Source: Nemertoderma westbladi (taxonomy: Eukaryota; Animalia; Xenacoelomorpha). Taken from it: 62,580 bases of DNA. The position numbers and the translations under genes were made by a program. Shown here piece by piece: positions 12,268 through 21,600 of the stretch. The notes beneath the pieces were generated by a model. The model was not told where the DNA came from. It worked only from the letters and a program-made list of their open reading frames with translations, and did no database searches. The first letter of the stretch is position 1, and every line of letters starts with the position of its first letter. The stretch is from NCBI GenBank assembly GCA_032718475.1, contig JAUCBJ010008493.1, positions 1-62,580 on the forward strand, written 5' to 3'.

Positions 12268-12958
12268 ATCCAGCGCTACTCAGTTTCTCCGCAGCTGAGT
12301 CTCTCAGACTGAGTTTGGTCAGCGCGCGGTCCTTGAACTGACTATCGACATTACGGAACGGAGTCAGAAAGCGCCGGAAACATTCGAAACGTATGAACTT
12401 ATTGTGTTCGTCTAACTTGGCGAGTTTAGTTCCAAGTATTAATGGGTGAGCGCGTATGGTACGACTGCACACATCGGCTAGCCAACCGGCAAGTGCTGCG
12501 TTTTCAAAGATCGTGTATATAGCTAAGGAAGGGCGAAGTGGAACACTCATAAAGCTATATACGGCACCAGGCGCAGTTAATGGTCCATCAAAATATAAAC
12601 GAGAGTAATGATCTCCATATACTTGCTGGTAATTGATAGGATTTCCAACTTTGAAATTCCATCCATATTCTTGAAAGGCAAGATGTCCGATGGATGTCCG
12701 TTGTACTTTAGTAATGTCGCTGGGTGTATTGGCATACGTAGTGCGGAAGAAACCTCGGCCTTCTGCCCAAGGAGCAAAGCAATCAGCTGAGTATCAACGA
12801 AGGGGTATGGAATGTTCTCCATATTCCTGTGGTATGCCCAATATGTTTTCCGACAGTGACAGTGATGGTAGAGCAGAGGAAAAAACTATTTCGCATTCTA
12901 AAATATTCAGAAATAAGATCTCAGTAGGAGGATTGTAACATTCGAGGACTATCTCCAA
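12155..12958 (-). pseudogene. Upstream segment of the accessory coding region (interrupted or spliced)
   Basis: The frame of ORF 12155-12550 stays open upstream to 12958 apart from one TGA at 12794-12796. It follows ttcag| and overlaps the 407-aa ORF in another frame. Confidence 0.45.
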
Positions 12959-13645
12959 CTGAATTTATCCCCAGTGCGATGAGGGAACAACCAGTTCAAT
13001 GCCTCAGTTGTTCTACATAAGATTATAAGATTTATATCTCCAATCATTGAGGGAGGTGAACAACCAGATTTATGACACACAATGGTACCAGTTGTTCATA
13101 GATTGTCTACGTATCCTTTCAGTCCTTGAATCACGGTCGTGGACTTGAGGAAATTAGGAAGTGGTTGATTTTCTAATCAAATCAACAACAATGGTGAAAG
13201 TTGATATCATAAATATCAACAGAATGGTACAGGGACAGGAGGTGCGGACACCAATATTAGCATCCAGATTAACAGTAAGGGATGGGAGGTTTAGTGATCG
13301 TTTCCCGAAGCTCCGAGCGCGTTGGGAAGAGAAGGTGGGGCGAAGTATGTTGTATTTTCAATAGCGATGTATAGAGGGATAAAGGGAGTAAAGAGGAGGA
13401 AGGATATATGGTAGTATCCATAAGATACCACAATGAACGAGCTTTCCGTTACGTCATCATTCATTCTTGTCTTTTAATTGTGACACTGATCACAATAATT
13501 ACAGGAAAACGATGAAGGAAGAGAAATTTACAGCCTCCCAAAGGAGACCGCCCGCGAGCACCCGTGCCCCGGGGAAAACTATTCACATTATGGACCCTGG
13601 ACATTAACACACGTCTCTTCTCCAGTGGTTCGCCTATATTTGTCT

Positions 13646-14044
13646 TTACAAGCCTTCTTCCACGTCCTTTCTTTCGAGCTGATTTCGAATAGAGTTCTCG
13701 TGTTCTATTCTCGATTTGTCGTTTCGACTCCGCTGGGTATGATATTTAAATAAAACCATTTCCCTTTCGGTGTCAACATCGTCGGTGTCGTGTAAATCAA
13801 TAGGATGACCAGTAGTCAGGAGGTCCATATACGTACCATTACGATGCGTATAGCGAGCAGTGAATTTTCTATAGTCCAATTCACGCGTAAGTTGCTCCTG
13901 GGACATTGGCGGTTCGATATAACGACCATCGTCCTCCGTAGTAGTTGGATCAGCGTCGCCGCGTATCAAGCTATCGACAAACGCTTGTAAAGGTAGAGTA
14001 TATCTCTCCCTGATACCAAGATCATCTTCTATTAATTCAGTCAT
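13646..14044 (-). CDS. 132-aa acidic ORF inside the retrotransposon, unknown function
   Basis: ATG-initiated, element-sense, protein-like composition; preceded by tatagcag| (possible acceptor). Confidence 0.5.
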   Translation of the reverse strand: MTELIEDDLGIRERYTLPLQAFVDSLIRGDADPTTTEDDGRYIEPPMSQEQLTRELDYRKFTARYTHRNGTYMDLLTTGHPIDLHDTDDVDTEREMVLFKYHTQRSRNDKSRIEHENSIRNQLERKDVEEGL

Positions 14045-14516
14045 ATCTGCTATACGAGTTCACCAATATTATAATGAGTTTATATATTTATTAGGCGAGC
14101 GGGCGTCGCTGCCTACTTCTCCCTTGCCCCCGGACAGTGTGAGATTCTCAGCGCCGATGTACCGCTGTCGCTGTACTTTCGCCAACGACGTAGCCGTACA
14201 ACGACAACGATAACCGGCACAAGTCACTCCACTGTCCGTCCCAAAGGCTTATATGTACTTCAGGTTTTCCTTGGAGAGTTAGGTTACTTTCACGATTGCG
14301 ACTAGCTACTGTAAACACACTTTAGCAGTAACATTCACCTATAAACTCACAAATACCACACAACTGGTCACAACTACGCACATTCGGGCCATTTGTCCGT
14401 TAGTCAATGCCTTCCAGAATGTCACTATATTATTATGTATCCTTGGATACTAGCAGTGAGCTATTTATTCCCTATGCTATTCAATGGGACAAGCTTTCTA
14501 TTGTTCTTTTAACTCA

Positions 14517-15158
14517 ATTCTAATTCTAGCGTGGTTGTTGCTATGGTGACATTATGTAAAGCTAGCGGTAGAATTAGGGTAATTCCCATGCATACAGATC
14601 TGGGATGTTATTTAATAGTAATTCTTTAATAGTCAATGTCCTGTTTGATACATGACTTTATGAATTTTATCGGCTATTGACTATGTTCGGGAGACTTTTG
14701 CACACTCATACGCATAATAAGATAAATCTCCGCTCCCTTGATCTATTAATTAGTGGAATTTTGGGAATGTTATAAATTGCGTAAAATGGCAATTTATTAA
14801 ATTCATTAAAAGGCATGAATTTAAATTTATTCCCTGAAATTTTATTATTTGATAATTAAATGGACATATTTTGAGTCTAGAACATGTCTGGGGACACAAG
14901 ATCCTTAATTCTATGAAAATTGTCTTTTTAAGAATATCGGTAAATGCTACGATATCTTAATTGACTAGAATTGTTGAAGGATCTGAATTTTACAGATTTG
15001 ATTTATTAGATTTGCAAATATTAAATAATTAATATTTGAGATGGGCACCAATTTATTCCAGAACATGTCTGGGGACGTTAACCACTGATTCTAGAATTTG
15101 TCTTTCAAGTATATCGGTGGGTGCCGCGATATCTTAATCGACTAGAATTACAGATGGT
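14517..15158 (+). ncRNA. Cluster of at least four long imperfect hairpins (candidate structured RNA)
   Basis: Stems at ~14517-14580, ~14630-14687, 14899-14984 and 15081-15158. The last two lie in a ~181-bp diverged duplication with compensatory outer stems. G-U type pairs occur on the plus strand. Confidence 0.5.
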
Positions 15159-15693
15159 CAAAGGGTTTAACAGATTTATTTTGCGTTATACGCTACTGTT
15201 AAAGGGACATCACGCTACTATATGTATTATTTAATATACGGTATGAGAGCAATATCGCACGAAGCAATGTCAGTGTGAAGAGGCAAGTCGTTTCCAAGGT
15301 CTACCCAGAGCTTGGTTTAGCCGAGACACGAGGATCTGAACTTTGCATTCCTAATACTCTGCCTACCAATAATACTTGAATATAGTAGTGGCTTTATTGT
15401 ACTTTAATAAGTACGGACATTTCATCTTACTGTAGTTACGTATTTATAATATAATACGGACAGTAAGGAAAGAGAAAAATAATTATTTCTCGCCGTCGCA
15501 CTAAATATAATATAAGTAATTACGTACGCAATAAACACGAATATATTGCACTATTCTACTAAATAATCGCTAAATAATATTCTACTAAATTAAATAAAAC
15601 GATTATAATAAAATTACATAGTAATACATACATAAATATAAAAATAATAAAATAATATAAAATAATAGAGTCACACGCCCACTCCGAACAATA

Positions 15694-18600
15694 TTAAGTT
15701 GGGGAGTCCCTAGATGTGGGTTGGATTAGGGAAGTGGTCGTGGGAAGAGTTTCTTGCCTTCCATAGTTTCCGGAGAGTTCTCTGTCTCTTTCCGGTAAAC
15801 ATAAACGACCCACTGGGCGGTTGAGCTGTTGAGTCTCAAAGACTATCTCTGGTTTCTTAAAGTTACGCCGCATGACGACGAGTTCTACTGATCGCACCAA
15901 ACCATCGCTCGAGATATGAGTCTCGATGATACGTCCTGTTTGCCATCGCTTACGTGGGAGATCGGGGTCCACAATAAGCACCATGTCTCCAGAGCTGACG
16001 TTTTCCTGCTGCGCAAACCACTTAGTTCGAAGTTGTAGAGTGGGCAGGTAATGTTTCTCGAAATGGTCAGCGAAACGACGGGATAGCAACTGCATAAGTT
16101 GCCAGGTTCGACGGCAGTACTCGTCTCCGTCTGTGATCTCCGATCGTGGGAGCATGGCTACGGGTTTCTTCAGTAGAAAGTGCGCGGGTGTTAGCGCTTC
16201 CAGGGAATCAGGACTTGAAGAGACTGGCATAAGCGGTCTTTCGTTGAGATAGGCGGCGATTTCCTCCATTAACGTCCGCAATAGTTCGTCGGTGAGATAA
16301 GCGCGACAAGGTACAATAAAGTGGAACGCAGTCTTCACGCTCCTAATCAATCTCTCCCAACTTCCTCCCCACCAAGGGGCGTCGGCGGCGTTGAAGGTCC
16401 AGCTAGACGCTGTTATCTTTAGCTGATCGTCCACCTGTCTTTTGTTCCAGTCCTTTACGTAAGCTTGAATTTCGTTGTTGGCGCCAATGAAGTTCGTTCC
16501 CTTATCCGATCTCATCGTGTTACTGGTTCCGAAACGAGCGATCTGTCGTCGTAAACTCAACACGAAGCTGTTGGTGGATAGATCGTTTACCATATCGAGA
16601 TGGATAGCTCTACAAGTCATACAAACGAAGATGACACACCATCTCTTGACTATAGTCCGGGCACGATATACTTCAATAGGGCCAAATAAATCCACACTGG
16701 TATTAGTAAAGGGTGGTTCATAGAAGCTTACTCTTTCCCTAGGTAATTTGGCCTCTCGCTGTGTCAAAGGCCTACTGAATGCTTTCCTACAGGGTATGCA
16801 GTTCCTAAGGACTTGGTTCAGAGCCCTACGGGGTTTATAAAAATAGAAGCGAGTTCGAATTTCGCTCAGAACTCGTTCTCTTCCAGCATGATACAGTTTG
16901 CTATGAACATCTACGATCATCTTGATTTGTATGTCAAGATTTCTAATGAGTATGGGAAATTTAGTGTCAAAGGATAATGGGGCGTTGGTAAGCCTGCCTC
17001 CAACACGTATTAACCCATCTATCATGGTGCTAGAGAAGCGATCCCTTAAGCGCATCTGCGGATTTCTTAACAACAGGAAATACTTATCGGGATCTTCATA
17101 GCATTGTAGGAGTCTCAGCATCTGTTTGTTGGTTTCATCATGCTCCTGGTAACTGATCTTCTCCTTTAGAAACCTGTCGGATATCTTGTATTTGGGAAGA
17201 TCTTTAACAACATGGACTCGTGCAGACGTTGATGAAGCATCATCACTATTGGTCTTTGTCCCGGAGTAACGATGATGAAAACATCGTTTTAAATAGGTGA
17301 CGGCTTTACAGAGCCGATTCCAGGAACTGTAGTGACGTATCGCTCTCTGCAAGAGGGGTGAGAGTCCTTGCGCGATATCTGGTATTCCAGATTTCCAATC
17401 CTTGTCACGGATTTCCAAGACTTCTTTAGTCGTGGCGGTGGGTTTCTGATCCAAAGCATCCTCTCCGGAAGTAAATAATACAGATAGATCAACCGCAGGT
17501 TTAAACAACTTCGATTTACTCGCTCGAGTTTTGGGTTTAACTTTCTCCACTCCCTTGGCCTGTCTGATCTCTGCTGTTGTGAGATGGGGAGGCCATTCTT
17601 CTTCTTCTCTGTAGAGAAAGTCGGGTCCACCTAACCATTCGGGAGTATTTACCAATTCCTTTGGAGTCGCTCCTCGGGAAGCGAAGTCTGCTGGATTAAT
17701 CGTTCTGGGGCAATGTCTCCATTGGTCCATCGTCATGCGACTAAGTATGATGGCTACTCTGTTGGTAACGAAGACGCTGAACTGACAGACTTCATTGGTT
17801 ATATACTCTAACACGAGTAAAGCGTCGGTCCAATAGACAGTTTTCTCTAATGGATAGTCAATCTGTTCTGTTACATTCCGGCCGATGGCTGTAGCGTATA
17901 GAGCCGCTTTTAACTCCGCTCGAGGAACTTTCAACTTGTTGTTGATTAATGCCTTAGAAGTAACCAAGGCGACTTTGATTCCATCCGGAGTTTCCACTCT
18001 TAGATAGGCTACTATACCTATTCCCATATCGCTGGCGTCTCCAAACACATGGAGTTGATAGGAATACGTAGGGAGAACATGACCAAAATATGAACGGGAA
18101 ATTATAAAATCCTCGATAGCCGGCAGAGAATCTTCCCATTTCATCCACTTCTTTAATAATTCTCCCTTAAGTGGATCGTCCCATGAGTGGTTTTCAAGCC
18201 ACATTTGTTGTACCAAACTACGAGCAATCAATATAACTGGGCTAATAAATCCCAATGGATCGAAATAAGTGCTCAGTATACTTAAGCAAATCCGTTTGGT
18301 TCGAACTGGATTATCTCGCTGTTTTAGCTGGAAAAACAGGATATCTCGCTCTGTGTCCCATTTCAAGCCGAGTGTCTTGGTTTCTGGCAGATCATCTTTG
18401 ATCAAATCTAGATCTTTCGCCCCTCGATCTTTCGCAGGGATCGACTCTAGAAACTCACGGGAGTTGCTGGTGAATTTCGTTAATCGAAACCCACCTCTTT
18501 TTAAGCACTCTACCGTTCCTTTAGCGACCTCAATGGCTTCCTCAACTGATGGAAGGGACTTCAGATTGTCGTCCATGTATATGTCCCGCTTGATGTTGTC

Positions 18601-21600
18601 GATCACTTCCTTAGAGAAGGCCTCTCGGTTGTCCTCTGCAGTGGTACGCACTACCGAACAGGCGTTGGAAGGGCTTGAGATTATCCCAAAGGCCTGGATG
18701 GTCATCCAGTACTCCACCGGTTTCTGGTTGAGGTCTCCTTCGGGCCACCACAGAAATCGTAGACTATCTCGATCCCTATCTAACACCTTGACTTGTAAGA
18801 ACATGCCTTCTATATCGGAGGCGAAAGCAATCGAATATTGTCTCAATCTTAAAAGAATTCCCAACAAAGATTGAAGTAAGTTGGGTCCGGGTAACAATTC
18901 AGAGTTAAGGGATTGACCCATGTAAAGAGCGGAGCCATCAAACACTACTCTCACTTCATGTGGTTTACCGGGTTTAGGAACGTAATGGTGAGTTAAGTAA
19001 TACGTTCTTTCAGTCACAGGTGTTTCTTCCGGTACTCTCTCCGCGTATCCCTTACTAATAAATTTCTCCAGCTGTGTTTGATACATTTCTTTAGCTGAAG
19101 AATTGGCCGTAAGGCGTCGATGGAGTTGCGCGATTCTTTTTTCCGCCAAGGGTCTGTTATTGATGAACTTCGGTTCTCTCTTGCGGAAAGGTAGACCGAC
19201 TTCATACCTACCTTGATCTTTGAGGAAACGTGTAGTTGTCTCTTGGATCTGCTTGGCCCTTTCCTCTTCCACCGACAAGGCTTTATCGTAGGAATTGGGC
19301 TCTACCGCCTCTTGCGTAAAGAATCGTACGGCATGTTCATCTCGAGTCTTGGCATTACAACACTCAATGACGTCATTTAGCTCGTCGTTATAAGCTTCTC
19401 GTTCAGATGGATAAAGAAGTTGACATAAGTTCACTTGGTTTTGCCAAGCCTCGTTTTCCTTAAGGAGATCGATGGTATTCTCCTCATCAAAAAGCTGGTG
19501 AACGTCGTCGTTATCTGAGGAGTATGGAGTTCCCTCAGTTAAATCGTCTCCCTCACTAGTATCATCTTCCCATTCACTCACCTGGCAGACGAGCTCTTGC
19601 GGTAGTCTTTCTCTGAGTGTTCTACGGGAAGGGCCAGTAAAGTACCAACCTACTCTAGTTCTTACCGCATAGGTCTGTAGTGGCTGCGGTTGAGCAGGCC
19701 GTTTCTCTAATGTCTCCAGCGCCTCATGCGCGTTTTGGCCGATGAGTATTTGCACTCCAGGATAATCAGTCTGGAATCGAGGTATGTTAAGATGTTGGAT
19801 GCTCTCATCCTCGTCCCAATTATAAAGGTCTGCTTGAGTAGTAGCGAAGTTCTTTATAGCCACCATTTTCACTGACCTTATGCTATGTTCTCCTAGTTCG
19901 TCCTGGGGGGTGGACAACGCGCCTACATAATAATCCGCTGTTATTGTAGATTTCCAAACTTGCATAATGCCTGACATGTTTAGCTTAGTTCGGAACTTGG
20001 GTTGTCCAGCGAAGATGTCTTCGGCTAGTTCTTTATCAATGAATGTTCCTGTGCTGCCGGAGTCCAGGAGGGCGTTCACTATATAGCTCTTCTGAGGTCC
20101 ATGGACCCGTAACTGGACTACAGGAAATTCTCGGATTCCTACATCGGAAGTTGGTGCTTTCCATGATGGTTGTCGATCAGAAGTAGTTAGAGTGAAGTCG
20201 CTGTCTGTATCTTTTTCATATGTGAGTGCTCGATACACTGCGGTATTTATCATGTAACAGGATTCGTTTTCGTCGGAGAACTCGTCCGTATAGAATCCTT
20301 CCATCTCAGATTGATCAGTGTCGTTCACATCACTGAATTGGACATGTAGTTCGGAATCACTTACCTGATTAGGACTATTTCGATCGAATTCAGCGTGCAA
20401 CAAGATATGATGTTTCGCACCACACTTTGCACACCTTATGTCAGAGTAACAGGTTCGCCGTTGGTGTCCTTGTCTGAGGCAATTATAACATAACCGCTTA
20501 TCCCACATGACTTCGCGTCTCTCCGTTAATGACTTCTTCAGGAATTCATCACACATATTCAAACGGTGGGTCCCGTCACACAGCGCACATTTCGGTTTGA
20601 TGTTACTTACCTTATTTTGGGTGACAGTGTGCACTCTCGTTCTTTCTTCGGGCTTTCTTACCTGAATTCTCTTGGGAGACGTAGGAGGAGTTTTTCTTAC
20701 CTGTTCTCTCTTGTCATTGGATCGAGACTTAAATTTACTTCCCTGTTCGTTAGGTGTTTTATTGACATAATAAGATCTTTCAGTGTCTTTCCCGCTATCC
20801 TCCCCTTGGGAAGCTTGGCTTTCGCCGTCGTCGGTATAACACACTGGTGTTACCTTTCTTCTGGGGACGGGTTTCTCACTTACCTTGTTTTCCGATGTCT
20901 TCTCTCTGGACTGCTTTATGAGCTGTAATTTCACTTCGCCATCCAAGAATGTCATGAGATCAGTCATGGTAGGGTCTCGTTGTTGTTGTTCCATCATGTA
21001 TAACACTTTCTTGTCCCAGCGTGTACCTACTCCACCCTTCGGTAAAGTAGAGGCCACTGCTCTAATAACCATAGCACTCTGATACTCATGAGACTTACCT
21101 AGCCAATCTAATTGTCGGCAGATCTCCTGAATTTCATCGGAAAACTCTATAATCCCGTTGCTAATAAACTTTCGGGGCGCTACCAACTTTGCATACAAAT
21201 ACCCAGCTATGTTATTCCTATTACCATACCTGATGTTTAGTGTATCCCAAACTTGTCTTAATCCGTCTGGATGTCCAATAAACTTTAACGCCATTAACTT
21301 GGGAGATCCTTCCAAGCACTCGATGAGGAATCTAAGTTTCTCTCCATTAGATAGTACAGAGTTCTGTATGTTATCTTTGTAATATTCATTAAAAGGTAAC
21401 CATTTCATCTCATCTCCATTGAACTTGACGATCTCTCCCACCTTCACCGCTTGCCGGGCTTCGGTTCTAGCCATTTGACGCGTAAAACTTTCTTGGGCCA
21501 TCGTGTTATTTAATATCGAGTTATCGGTATATAAATTTCTCGGATTATGATCAGGTCTATAGGGAATGTCATTATCAACAGGTCTATAATTACCCTTAAT

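Noticed and set aside
11044-14044. env gene downstream of pol
   Set aside because: No signal peptide, furin site plus fusion peptide, or C-terminal membrane anchor is visible; the main ORF is CCHC-rich and basic.
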